Below, piece by piece: positions 50,934 through 60,571 of a stretch of 64,000 nucleotides of DNA. The number at the start of each line of letters is the position of its first letter. The stretch's first letter is position 1. The DNA lies in assembly GCA_023150935.1 (NCBI GenBank), contig JAKLJW010000008.1, forward strand, positions 1,721 to 65,720, written 5' to 3'. Made by a program: the position numbers and the translations under genes. This DNA is from Candidatus Binatia bacterium. Its GTDB lineage: Bacteria; Desulfobacterota; Binatia; HRBIN30. The notes below the pieces were generated by a model. That model did not search any database. It was not told the origin of the DNA and worked only from the letters and a program-made list of their open reading frames with translations.

Positions 50934-52496
50934 ATGCGTCGTCCGGCACTCGCCCTCGTCCTGGTTGCTCTCGGCATTGCCTTGCCCGTACTCCCCGCCG
51001 GGGCCGCCGAAACCTGCGAACGGGCGGGCGCGTCGTTTCTGGTGTCGATCATCGGCGCCGCCCGGACCTGCCTGACCAAGGACGTGCCGGCGGGGCGTTC
51101 CTGCACAAGGCGCAACCGCGGCATGGAGCGGCGCGCCGAACTGGTAACGTCCCTGTGCGCTTCCGGCACGGTCGAACGGCTGACCTGCACCGCCCGCCAG
51201 GCGATTCTCGCCGCGGGCCTGCCCTATGCCGCAATGACCGGGACGGGCTTCGGCTACCTGTGCACGACGACGTCGTGCGGCAACGGCGTCACCGAACCGC
51301 CCGAGCAGTGTGACGACGCCAATGTGATCGGCGGCGACGGCTGCTCCGCAATCTGCCAACTCGAGGGCGGGGCCTGTACGGACGTCTGCGCCGGCATCGT
51401 ACCGGTAACCGGCACGTCCATCCGTGCGGAACGGGTTGCCACCGGACTGTCCCAACCGGTGTTCGTGGTCGCGCCGCCGCGCGACACGACGCGAGTGTTC
51501 ATCGTCGAGAAGACCGGCCGAATACGCATCCTCAAGTTCGGTACGTTGCTCCCGACCGCGTTTCTCGATCTCGCCGCCCTGATTTCCGGAGGCGGCGAGC
51601 AAGGCCTACTGGGACTGGCTTTCCACCCGAGCTACGCCGACAACGGACGCTTCTTCGTCAATTACACGGACACCGATGGCGACACCGTCGTGGCCGAGTA
51701 CCGCGTCTCGGCCAACCCCGACATTGCCGACGCCGGCAGTCAGGAAATCCTGCTGCAGATCGATCAGCCCTTCGACAACCACAACGGCGGTCAGGTGTCG
51801 TTCGGTCCGGACGGGTTTCTGTACATCGGCACCGGCGACGGCGGCAGCGGCGGCGATCCAATGGACAACGCCGAGAACATCGACTCGCATCTCGGGAAGC
51901 TGCTGCGCATCGACGTCGACAACGGCACCACCTACGTCAGCCCACCGACCAACCCCTTCTTCGGCGCCGTGCCCGGACTGGACGAGATCTGGGCGTACGG
52001 GCTGCGCAACCCATGGCGGTTCAGCTTCGATCGCCTCAACGGCGACCTGTATATCGGCGACGTCGGTCAGGGGAGCTGGGAAGAGATCGACTGGCGCCCG
52101 GGGAGCAGCACGGGCGGCGAAAACTACGGATGGGACGTGATGGAAGGTTTGCACTGCTTCGAGCCGCCGAGCGCGTGCACGCAGACCGGTCTGACCATGC
52201 CCGTTCTCGAGTACGATCACGGGCAAGGATGTTCGGTGACCGGTGGCTACGTCTACCGCGGATGTAAGATGCCCGACCTCGCCGGAACCTACTTCTACGC
52301 CGACTACTGCACCGAGTTTGTGCGCACGTTGACCATGTCCGGCGGCGTCGCCACCAACTTGCAGGACCGAACGGCGGAGCTGGAGTCCGGGGGCGTGAGC
52401 ATCGACGCCATCACCTCATTCGGCGAGGACGCGCGCGGCGAGATCTACATCACCGACCAGGGCGGCGAGGTGTTCAAGATCGTTCCGGGACCGTGA
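50934..52496 (+). CDS. Secreted PQQ-dependent sugar dehydrogenase (soluble GSDH / SGL family) with N-terminal Myxococcus-type cysteine-rich repeat
   Basis: GGAGG upstream of ATG 50934. CGNGVTEPPEQCDDANVIGGDGCSAIC repeat. GSDH beta-propeller motifs (…FDNHNGGQVSFGPDGFLYIGTGDGGSGGDP…LRNPWRFSFD…). Confidence 0.7.
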   Translation: MRRPALALVLVALGIALPVLPAGAAETCERAGASFLVSIIGAARTCLTKDVPAGRSCTRRNRGMERRAELVTSLCASGTVERLTCTARQAILAAGLPYAAMTGTGFGYLCTTTSCGNGVTEPPEQCDDANVIGGDGCSAICQLEGGACTDVCAGIVPVTGTSIRAERVATGLSQPVFVVAPPRDTTRVFIVEKTGRIRILKFGTLLPTAFLDLAALISGGGEQGLLGLAFHPSYADNGRFFVNYTDTDGDTVVAEYRVSANPDIADAGSQEILLQIDQPFDNHNGGQVSFGPDGFLYIGTGDGGSGGDPMDNAENIDSHLGKLLRIDVDNGTTYVSPPTNPFFGAVPGLDEIWAYGLRNPWRFSFDRLNGDLYIGDVGQGSWEEIDWRPGSSTGGENYGWDVMEGLHCFEPPSACTQTGLTMPVLEYDHGQGCSVTGGYVYRGCKMPDLAGTYFYADYCTEFVRTLTMSGGVATNLQDRTAELESGGVSIDAITSFGEDARGEIYITDQGGEVFKIVPGP

Positions 52497-52514
52497 CCGG
52501 GCGGCCGGCGGTTC

Positions 52515-53894
52515 TCACGCTTCCTCGCGCTTGCCGCGTTGGCGCTCTTTCCGGAGCAGCAGCTCGGCGCTCACGTCTTTACGGATCGCGCCCTGGCGCC
52601 GGAAGAGCACGCCGCTCATGCACTGCAGCGATACCGTGTCGTCGGCGCTGAGGGTGGTGCAGTTGGTGTTGAGCACCACGGGAAGCAAGGCGGCCGGGTA
52701 GCGGTCGATCTTGATGGCAAAGAAGGTGGCGGCCGCCAGCTTCAGCAGCGGGGGCAGCAGCCCGATCGAGCGCGGCCGCAGCGATACCGCGCAGGCGGCC
52801 ATGAAAGTGAACGCGCGAACCGCAAACGGCGAGCGCGCGAAGCGCTCCCAGACGCGCAACGCCGCGCCGAAGCGCCGCATGTTCAGGTAGTGGGTAATCG
52901 GCGCCAGGCTGCCGCGGCGGCGCACGAAGATCATGATCTGCGTGTACAGGCAAAGTCGCACGCCCATAAGGTTGAGCGCTGCCAGCATCATCTTTTGCAG
53001 CTCGAACCAGTCCCCGCGGTCGCCCGACCCGTAGCGCCGGTGCAGTACGTCCATCATCTCGTCGGGCATGATCATCATCGACGAGTCCATCCCCCGCCCC
53101 TCGCCGACCCACGCGAAGCCGTTGACCGATAGCTCCCTTACGAACGGCTTGTCCCGGGCGAACTCGATCGCCTCGACCAGCAGGTCCTCGTTGACGCCGC
53201 GAAAAATCGTCGGCGAAAGGACGGTGGCGATTCCCAGTTCGCCGAGATTCTGCAAGGCTTTCAACTTCAACGAATAGAACGCGTCGTCGTATGCGCCCAG
53301 CGTCGAGTCGGAGCCAAGCGACTCGATCGACACCCGGACCTCGTTCAACTTCGCCGCCGCCATGCGATCGCAATAGTCGCGGCGGGCGAACTGTATGCCG
53401 TTGGTTGCCAACTGCGTTGTCAGACCGAGCGCGTGGGCCTCGCGGAAGAAGTCCTCGGCGTTGGGATGCAGGGTGGCCTCCCCGCCCGACAGGGTCAGCT
53501 TGTCCTTCCCGAAGCGCCGCAGAATGCCGCGCAAATCGTCGAGCGACATGGTCTCGAACCATGGCGACTCGACTTCGGTCTGACAGAACGCGCAGTTCAT
53601 CTGGCAGCGCGGCGTCGACAACACCCAGTAGTTCGTGATCCGCCCGCTCGGCGCCCGGCCGTTGCCGAGCACCTCGAAGAAGAAGCGCTCCAGATCGCGG
53701 TACAGGGGGCCGTTGGCCGAAAGCAGGAAATCCCGCGGACCGTGTTCCGGACAGGTCCGGCACAGCAACGCCTTGCCGTCCACTTCCCGTATCGTTCCGT
53801 CGAGCGGGCGAACGCAGACCGGACAGACCGTCCGCGTCTGCCGCGGGGCGGCGCCGGCGCCGGCCGGTGCGTTGGAAACGAAGCTCGATGCCAC
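52515..53894 (-). CDS. Radical SAM protein with N-terminal zinc-ribbon and hydrophobic C-terminal region; function unknown
   Basis: CQMNCAFCQ (Cx3Cx2C) motif and upstream CPVC…CRTC ribbon. Start is uncertain: GTG 53894 is the first plausible start, and the GTA at 53963 is not a start. Confidence 0.6.
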   Translation of the reverse strand: MASSFVSNAPAGAGAAPRQTRTVCPVCVRPLDGTIREVDGKALLCRTCPEHGPRDFLLSANGPLYRDLERFFFEVLGNGRAPSGRITNYWVLSTPRCQMNCAFCQTEVESPWFETMSLDDLRGILRRFGKDKLTLSGGEATLHPNAEDFFREAHALGLTTQLATNGIQFARRDYCDRMAAAKLNEVRVSIESLGSDSTLGAYDDAFYSLKLKALQNLGELGIATVLSPTIFRGVNEDLLVEAIEFARDKPFVRELSVNGFAWVGEGRGMDSSMMIMPDEMMDVLHRRYGSGDRGDWFELQKMMLAALNLMGVRLCLYTQIMIFVRRRGSLAPITHYLNMRRFGAALRVWERFARSPFAVRAFTFMAACAVSLRPRSIGLLPPLLKLAAATFFAIKIDRYPAALLPVVLNTNCTTLSADDTVSLQCMSGVLFRRQGAIRKDVSAELLLRKERQRGKREEA

Positions 53895-54014
53895 GATGAG
53901 GCGATGCTGGCACTTTCTCGGGCGGGGAACAAACTCTTCCGGCGAGGTGTCGATTCGGAGTACGCTGGGGATCGTGGATCTCTGGCAACCTCGCCGCTGG
54001 TGGCGCGTGCGACC

Positions 54015-55046
54015 ATGAACATATCTGTCGCCCTTGTCGACGGGACGGCCTTGGACGAGGTCCTGAACCGGCTCTTGCCCGCGGAAACGGAGCTGCCTTA
54101 CGCCAACTTCGCTCCGATCGCGGCGCGCCCGGGCGCCATCGTCGAACTGCATCGCGGGCGTTGGCTTGCCGCCGGCGAGCGCATCGAGGTGCTGGCCGCC
54201 TATGCAGGCGACCGCCCTCTCGGGGCGGTGCGCATCGAACATCGGCCCTTCGAGTCGGATCACTTCGGCTTACGCATGGCGCGCATCGACCAACCCATCG
54301 CCGTCAATGACTGCGTTGCACGCCGGACCGTGCTGCGCGAGCTGTACGCCGCGGCATTCGACAGCTTGCGTGGGCGCGGGTACCGGCACGTCAGCTCCAG
54401 AGCCTCGGCGAACGACAGCGCCGCGTCATGGGTCCTGCAGGAGCTGGGGGCGTTTCACGTCGACACGCAGGTGTCGTGGATGAGTTCTCTCGACGGTCCC
54501 GCGCCGGCGGACAATCTGGCTCCGGGCCTGACGGTCGAAATCCTGGACAAGCCCGCCCTGCGACGGCTCGACCGGGAATCCTGGCGTCAGGTGGTGGAGT
54601 GGACCGCGCAGGCCTTCGAGCGCGGCCCGTTGGTGTTCGACCACACGCTGCCGCGCGACCGCGCCGCCGGCGTGTACGGGGTCTGGGCCGAGCGCGCCAT
54701 GTGCGGCGATTGGGCCGACGCGGTTTGTGTGGTGCGCGACGGGAGCAAGATCGTGGCGTTCGGCTCCATGCTGCTTTTGGCAGACGTTTCCGCGCACGGA
54801 GGGGTTCGCGTGTGCGGTCGCGGTCTCGCCGCGACGCTGCCGAAGTATCGCGGCCTGTTCACCGCCATTCATCGCGAACTCATCGTGCGCAAGCCGCTCG
54901 GCGCCCAGTTCGCCGAGACCGACACCCAGGTGACCAATCTGGGTAGCGTCAACGTCTGCGTCAAACTCGGGTTCCGGTGCTTACGAGTCACCTCGACGTT
55001 CAGTCGCCGGCTCGACCAGGCCGCCGCCGGCACGGAGACTGGTTAA
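54015..55046 (+). CDS. Hypothetical two-domain protein, possibly tandem GNAT-like acyltransferase
   Basis: Weak resemblance only. ATG 54015 (MNISVALVDG). Confidence 0.35.
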   Translation: MNISVALVDGTALDEVLNRLLPAETELPYANFAPIAARPGAIVELHRGRWLAAGERIEVLAAYAGDRPLGAVRIEHRPFESDHFGLRMARIDQPIAVNDCVARRTVLRELYAAAFDSLRGRGYRHVSSRASANDSAASWVLQELGAFHVDTQVSWMSSLDGPAPADNLAPGLTVEILDKPALRRLDRESWRQVVEWTAQAFERGPLVFDHTLPRDRAAGVYGVWAERAMCGDWADAVCVVRDGSKIVAFGSMLLLADVSAHGGVRVCGRGLAATLPKYRGLFTAIHRELIVRKPLGAQFAETDTQVTNLGSVNVCVKLGFRCLRVTSTFSRRLDQAAAGTETG

Positions 55047-56011
55047 GAGTCTCGGGGTGACTCGCCGGCCCGGGCCCGGGTGCTGCCGTTTCGCGGTCCC
55101 TGCCGCACGACGTACGCGGGTTCGGCGCCGGCGACGAGGCGATACACGCGACCCAGGTACAGGCCCAGCATGCCGCCCGCGAAGAACACGGCACCGGTCA
55201 GCACCAGCGTGAGGGCGGCGGCGGGGATGACCCAGCCCGCGCCATCCAGGATGGCCCACAGGATCAGCATCGCCACGCCGGCCACAGTGCAGAGGGCCCC
55301 CGCCGCGCCCATGAGAGCGAGGGGCAGGGTGGTGAACGCGGTGATGAGGTCGAAGTTGATGCGCAGCAGCTTGAGCAGCGAGTACTTCGACGTGCCGAAG
55401 CGGCGGGGTTCGTGCCGGACAGTCACCTCGGTTACCGAGTGCCCCAGCCAGAGCGCCAGCGGGAAAAAGGGCTTACCGGGCGCCCAGGCGCGCCGCGTCG
55501 TCTCCAGCGCATCGCGACGGTAGGCTTTGAAGTTACCGCCGTAGTCCTCGATCTCGACTCCCGTCAGTCGGCACGCGAGCCAATGGATCGCCCGCGAACC
55601 GAGCCAGCGGAGGAGGCCCTCGTACCGACTGCCGCGCCGCGCGGTGGCAACGGCCGCGCCCGCCTCGATGGCGTCGAGCAGGCGCGGGATCTCTTCGGGT
55701 GGATTCTGCAGATCGCCGTCGAGGGTCACTGTCACCGCCCCGATCGCGGCAAAGAGCCCGCAGGCTAGAGCGGCGGCCTGCCCGAAGTTGCGGGTGAGCT
55801 CGAAGACGCGCACCCGCGCGTCTTGCGCCTCGATGGCGCGCAACAGCGCGACCGTTCCGTCACGGCTGCCGTCGTCGACGAAGATCAGCTCGAAAGTCTC
55901 GCCGCGCGCCGCTAACGCCGCGCTCGTGCGGTCAGCCAACTCCTTGACCGTATGGACGTCGTCGTAAACCGCGACGACGACCGAGATGGCAGGGGTTGTC
56001 TCAAGAGTCAT
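55043..56011 (-). CDS. GT2-family polyprenyl-phosphate glycosyltransferase (ArnC/DPM1-like)
   Basis: ISVVVAVYDD…FVDDGSRDGT…DGDLQNPPE (DxD) motifs, with C-terminal TM helices typical of ArnC/GtrB. Confidence 0.75.
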   Translation of the reverse strand: MTLETTPAISVVVAVYDDVHTVKELADRTSAALAARGETFELIFVDDGSRDGTVALLRAIEAQDARVRVFELTRNFGQAAALACGLFAAIGAVTVTLDGDLQNPPEEIPRLLDAIEAGAAVATARRGSRYEGLLRWLGSRAIHWLACRLTGVEIEDYGGNFKAYRRDALETTRRAWAPGKPFFPLALWLGHSVTEVTVRHEPRRFGTSKYSLLKLLRINFDLITAFTTLPLALMGAAGALCTVAGVAMLILWAILDGAGWVIPAAALTLVLTGAVFFAGGMLGLYLGRVYRLVAGAEPAYVVRQGPRNGSTRARAGESPRDS

Positions 56012-58523
56012 CGCGTGCCGATTCCGCTGCGGCCAGATAGCGCGCGGCGGTTTCACCCAGTACCTCGGCGAGCGCCGCATCTCCCCGCGCAAGTGCGGCT
56101 GCCTTGCCGCGCTGCGCAGCCTCGGCCGCGGCGCTCCAGCGACGGTCCGCCGCGTACGCCGCCGCCAGAGTGGCGAGTGTGCCCGGATCCGCGAACCGGG
56201 TGGTCTGGCAGGCCCGCTCCGCCCAGTGCACCGCCTCCTCGGTCAGTCCCGGCGCCCGGCCGTCGAGCAGGGCTCGCGCCGTTGCCTCGAAGAGCGCCGT
56301 TTGCGCGAAGTTCCGCCGCACCGCCGTGCGCAACTCCTTCCGGGCTGCGTCGGGCTCCCCGCGCGTTTCGAGCTCTCGCGCCTCGGCCAGCACTGCCCCC
56401 GCCCAGGTCGCTTCCGTCTCGAGCCGCGCGCGGCATCCCACCTCGACCCATTCCCGATCGGGCAGCGCCGGAACCCACCCGGGACCGGTGGGACGCGCCA
56501 CGAACGCGCGTGAGAACCCCGCCCGGTCCGTGAGCACGTACACTGCGGCCGCCGGCCACTCGCGACATATCGCTTGCCGGACGAGCGCGTCTTCTTCGAG
56601 GGCCGGGTTCCAGACAATCAGTTCGGCCTCGCCCCCATTCGCTCCCGCCTGCCGCGGCGGACTTCCGTCGAACGGCCGCACCGACACCGGGTGCCGCACG
56701 AGGTCCGCGGCAAACTCGTTCAGGTACCAGTACGGAAAGCCGCGCGGATTCGGATGGTCGAGGAAGAGCACGCCACCCGGTACGGCGGCCGCCCCCAATG
56801 CCCGTAGAGAAACACTCACCCACGACGCCGGTAAGGTGTGGGGGACGACGCGGTCGAAAACGAAGCTCCCGCCAGCCGCGACTCCCAGGGCGGCGAGGGC
56901 GGCGGCGACCGTCGCGGTCCACCCCTGAAGACGGAGCCAGCGTTGCAACGTCGTCCATCCGACCCCCGCCAGCAACGCCATCGGCACGGTCATCGCCACC
57001 AGTCGTATCACGGAGATCCGATCCTGACTCGACAGAACCGCGGGCCCGGCGCCCAGAACCAACGTGCCCAGGAGCAGGCGTGCCGGCCACCCGCGGGTGA
57101 GAGCGCCGAGGGCCATGACGGCACCGACCACGGCGAGGGCCGTGCCGACGGGATCGAAAAGCGCGTCGCCGATCTTCCGCAGCGGGGTGCGAGCCACCGC
57201 TACGGGGGACAGCGCGGCGGCAAGTACGATGTCCCACGGTCGGGGGCTGGCGGCTTCCACCACGTACTCGGACCGTCGCGGCGAGATCTGGCCGAAGGCC
57301 GCCGTTTCGTGCCCGGCCCACTGGGCCCGGCCTTGCGAGTACGTGGCAGCTACCGACCGCAGGTTGCCGAAGTCGGTGCGGCCCGTGACTGCGCCGGCAA
57401 AGAACAGGAGTATCGCGGTGAGCACGACCTGGAGCCGCTGCGGGCGCGGCCACGCACGGCAACACATCAGCCCGGCAACCATCACTGCGAGCGCAACCAG
57501 GTTTGCCGTGTGCAGGGTCACCCCGATGCCGGCGAGCCCGCCAAGGCCGACCAAAGCCGCTGCGGACTGCCGCAGGCGGACCGCCGCGAAGAGGCCGATC
57601 AGCCCGGCGACGACCAGCGGGAAGAAGAAGAAGGGCAGCGGCGTCAGGACCAGAGCCAGCACGTAAGGCGAGAACAACAATGCCGCGGCCGCGACGGCGG
57701 CGGCGCCGAGGCCGAAAAGACGGCCCGCGATCCATCCGACGAGCAACCCGCACACCGGGAACCAGATCAGGTGGGCCGCCTGAGCGACGCGGCCGGCGAG
57801 ATCGATCCCCACCGTGCGTAACAGCGGCGCCCCTTGCAAGATGAAGTGATACGCCCCGGCGCCCGTCATTACTCGATCGGTGAGGAGGTTGTAATCGGGC
57901 TGCGTTACCTGAGAGAGGAACCGGATCCCCACCCAGGTGTCGGCGAGGTCGGCGGCGTCCGGCGACCGCCACATCGACGGCCCGCGCACGGCGAGCCAAC
58001 CGACAGCCACCAACGCGGCGACGGCCACACTGCCGGCCGTCCGCAGGCGGCGCGGCCGCGGCCGGGTGACCAGCACGAGGGGTGGCACCGCAAGACCCGC
58101 CACGTAAAGGAGCTGTCCCGCACGGCCGAACCTGTCCGCCCACAGACCCGCGACTGCCAGCAGGCCGGCGACCGCGAGGGCCACCCGTACGCGCCAGGTC
58201 GCCGCACGATCGGCGGGCGTCACCATCCGCAGACGCTCGTCGCACAGTGGGTTTGCCGATGGCGGAACCAGCCCGAGCAGCAGCAAGCCGGCGGCCGCGA
58301 GGCAGCCGAGCCGCCCGACGACCCACCACCCGGGCACGCCCGGGAAGAGCCGGTCCAGCAGCGTCGCACCCGGGGCGATGGGAACGATCGGTTGGCCCGG
58401 CGGCGGGACGAACAACGGCAGGCAGTACGCCGCAAGCAGCGCCAGTACCAGCCAGGGGCCGGCCCGGACCGCAAGGCGTTGCGGCGGCGGGTTTCCCGTC
58501 GGCGTGTGCATCGATCGGTGCAT
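56001..58523 (-). CDS. GT-C-fold (ArnT/PMT-like, GT39/GT83-type) polytopic glycosyltransferase with C-terminal TPR domain
   Basis: At least 12 predicted TM helices with arginine-rich loops, then a soluble domain ending in TPR-like repeats. ATG 58523 shares one nucleotide with the upstream TGA. The 759 upstream in-frame codons are a GC artefact. Confidence 0.6.
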   Translation of the reverse strand: MHRSMHTPTGNPPPQRLAVRAGPWLVLALLAAYCLPLFVPPPGQPIVPIAPGATLLDRLFPGVPGWWVVGRLGCLAAAGLLLLGLVPPSANPLCDERLRMVTPADRAATWRVRVALAVAGLLAVAGLWADRFGRAGQLLYVAGLAVPPLVLVTRPRPRRLRTAGSVAVAALVAVGWLAVRGPSMWRSPDAADLADTWVGIRFLSQVTQPDYNLLTDRVMTGAGAYHFILQGAPLLRTVGIDLAGRVAQAAHLIWFPVCGLLVGWIAGRLFGLGAAAVAAAALLFSPYVLALVLTPLPFFFFPLVVAGLIGLFAAVRLRQSAAALVGLGGLAGIGVTLHTANLVALAVMVAGLMCCRAWPRPQRLQVVLTAILLFFAGAVTGRTDFGNLRSVAATYSQGRAQWAGHETAAFGQISPRRSEYVVEAASPRPWDIVLAAALSPVAVARTPLRKIGDALFDPVGTALAVVGAVMALGALTRGWPARLLLGTLVLGAGPAVLSSQDRISVIRLVAMTVPMALLAGVGWTTLQRWLRLQGWTATVAAALAALGVAAGGSFVFDRVVPHTLPASWVSVSLRALGAAAVPGGVLFLDHPNPRGFPYWYLNEFAADLVRHPVSVRPFDGSPPRQAGANGGEAELIVWNPALEEDALVRQAICREWPAAAVYVLTDRAGFSRAFVARPTGPGWVPALPDREWVEVGCRARLETEATWAGAVLAEARELETRGEPDAARKELRTAVRRNFAQTALFEATARALLDGRAPGLTEEAVHWAERACQTTRFADPGTLATLAAAYAADRRWSAAAEAAQRGKAAALARGDAALAEVLGETAARYLAAAESARDDS

Positions 58524-59719
58524 CAGGCGCTGAAGTGTTGGACCAGACGCAGAAGCGCCTCGATGACGTCGTCCTGGTCGGCGTCGGTCATGGCCGGATG
58601 CAGCGGCAACGACAGCAACCGTCGCGACGCATCGGCCGCCACGGGCACTGCCTCCGGCGGCGTACCCAGCACCGCGCGGAAATGCCGGTGCAGGGGCAGA
58701 GCACGGAAGTGCACGCCGACGCCGATATTTTCGGCCAGTAATCCGCGCAGCACTTCGTCCCGATCGATGCGCAGTCGCTCGAGATCGAGCAATACCGGGA
58801 ACAGGTGCGCGGCGGTCTCGGCGCCGCCGGGGCCGACGACCGGTCGAACGGCGGGGACCAGTGCCAGGCGTTCCCGGTATCGCGCATCGAGCGCCCGGCG
58901 GCGCGCCAGCAGTACCGGCAAACGCTCGAGCTGGGCAAGACCGATCGCCGCCTGCAAGTCCGTCAGGTTGTACTTCCAACCGAGCGAGACGGCTTCCCAG
59001 TGGGCGAAGTTCGTCCCCCGGCGTTGGCTCGCATCGAGGTCGATACCGTGCAGGCGTTCCCGCCGCAGCCGCGCGACCAGGGCGGCGCGCTCGGTGGCGA
59101 TCATGCCGCCCTCGCCGGTGGTGATGCTCTTCGTCGGATAGAAGCTGAAGACCGCGGCGTCGCCAAGCGTTCCGACGGCGCGCCCGTCGAGAGTGGCGCC
59201 AAGCGCGTGTGCCGCATCTTCGATCGCGAACGCGCCTTGCGCCCGGGCCAACGCCAGCAACGGAGGCATCGTGCACGGCCACCCGGCATAGTGCACCGCA
59301 ACTACGGCACGCGTGCGCGCTGTCCAGGCCGCCGCGACGGCAACGGGGTCGAGCGTCAGGCGGTCGGGGAGGACATCGGCAAGCACCGGCCGCGCTCCGG
59401 CGTGCAGGATTGCGTTCGCGGTTGCGGCGAAGGTCATCGGTGACGTGATGACATCGTCACCGGGTCCGAGCGCGAAAGCCCGCAGAGTCAAGTGCAACCC
59501 GGCAGTGCACGACGCCACCGCAACGGCGCGCTCGGCCCCGATGGTCGCGGCGAAGCGGTTCTCGAACTCCGCCGTGCGCGGGCCGGTTCCCAGCCAACCC
59601 GAGCGCAGTACGTCGATGACGGCGGCCTCCTCGGCCGCGCCCAGCACCGGGCGCGACAGCGGCAAGAACGTCGTGCGAACGGGCGTTCCGCCGGCGATCG
59701 CCGGTCGCTCCGCGCTCAT
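58523..59719 (-). CDS. DegT/DnrJ/EryC1/StrS-family PLP aminotransferase (ArnB-like sugar aminotransferase)
   Basis: Full-length match, including the …SFYPTKSITTGEGGM… PLP-lysine region. Confidence 0.85.
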   Translation of the reverse strand: MSAERPAIAGGTPVRTTFLPLSRPVLGAAEEAAVIDVLRSGWLGTGPRTAEFENRFAATIGAERAVAVASCTAGLHLTLRAFALGPGDDVITSPMTFAATANAILHAGARPVLADVLPDRLTLDPVAVAAAWTARTRAVVAVHYAGWPCTMPPLLALARAQGAFAIEDAAHALGATLDGRAVGTLGDAAVFSFYPTKSITTGEGGMIATERAALVARLRRERLHGIDLDASQRRGTNFAHWEAVSLGWKYNLTDLQAAIGLAQLERLPVLLARRRALDARYRERLALVPAVRPVVGPGGAETAAHLFPVLLDLERLRIDRDEVLRGLLAENIGVGVHFRALPLHRHFRAVLGTPPEAVPVAADASRRLLSLPLHPAMTDADQDDVIEALLRLVQHFSA

Positions 59720-60034
59720 CTCGTTTCCGGTATCCGGCCGGTGCGGCGACTGCGGTCAACCACCGATGTCACACCGGCCCTGCGAATTGCGCTGTGTATG
59801 CAAACCGCTCGCGTTGCCCTCAAGAAGGCCGAACCAGGCGCCGGACAGCCGCCCGAGTCGCCGGACGTTGCACCTTCTCGATTCATTGCGCCGACGTCGC
59901 AAGTTCATTGCACCGGGACGCGGAGCATACCGAATGCGTGTCGCCGAGGGCAAGGAACCGGGGGCCGTAAGCCCGGCGGTATGCGCAGGGGCTAGTGGAA
60001 AACACCGGCCGCTGCATGCTAGCCATCGTACCCG

Positions 60035-60571
60035 ATGCGCGCGTGGGTTCGCAAAATTCTTCGCCGGCAGGTACCCGCAGAGAGCATCCCGGAGGTGCGG
60101 CAGGAGATAGCCACGACGCTCGAGGCCGCGCAGCGGTCGGCCCGCGCGGTTGCCCGGCTGGGGCTACGTTTGGACCAGGTGGAGTCGAAGCTCGAGGGCG
60201 GCTTCGCCGATCTGCGGGCCCAGCTAAGTACGTTTCGCAGCAATGGCGTGCCGGCGTCTCGCCCGCCCTTCGAGCTGCTCTTCGACGCTGCCGACCTCCT
60301 CGACGAAGCCGCACGGCTGAGTGCTTCGCCCGGTCACGCGGCGGGGCTCGCCGGCATTCGCGAGCGACTGGAGCGGTTTCTTTTCGAAGCCGGCCTGCAA
60401 CGAGTGGCGCAAGTGGACGGTCCGGTGGATCCGCTGCGCTTTCGCGTCGTGGGCCGCGAGGACGGCGGCGCGAGGCCGCGCGTGATACGTGCGGCAATCC
60501 TCGACGGCGAGCGGCTGGTTCGCGAGGGCGAGATCGTTCTGGAACGCGAGAGGGAGGAAGCCACAACATGA
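60035..60571 (+). CDS. GrpE-like nucleotide-exchange factor (divergent)
   Basis: Coiled-coil N-terminus. C-terminus GLQRVAQVDGPVDPLRF…RAAILDGERLVREGEIVL aligns to the GrpE beta-domain (G.EVI……P.DP…GYTLNGRTIRAAMVTV). Stop overlaps the Hsp70 ATG. Confidence 0.5.
   Translation: MRAWVRKILRRQVPAESIPEVRQEIATTLEAAQRSARAVARLGLRLDQVESKLEGGFADLRAQLSTFRSNGVPASRPPFELLFDAADLLDEAARLSASPGHAAGLAGIRERLERFLFEAGLQRVAQVDGPVDPLRFRVVGREDGGARPRVIRAAILDGERLVREGEIVLEREREEATT

Noticed and set aside
56001-59282. 1093-aa ORF implying a 250-aa N-terminal extension of the ArnT-like protein across the aminotransferase gene
   Set aside because: The extension is Arg-rich low complexity, overlaps the strongly supported DegT-family gene in another frame, and the first TM helix follows ATG 58523.
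59313-60110. 265-aa plus-strand ORF overlapping the 5' part of the aminotransferase gene
   Set aside because: It is antisense to a well-supported gene, has Ala/Arg/Ser-rich composition, and has no motif. It is a GC artefact.
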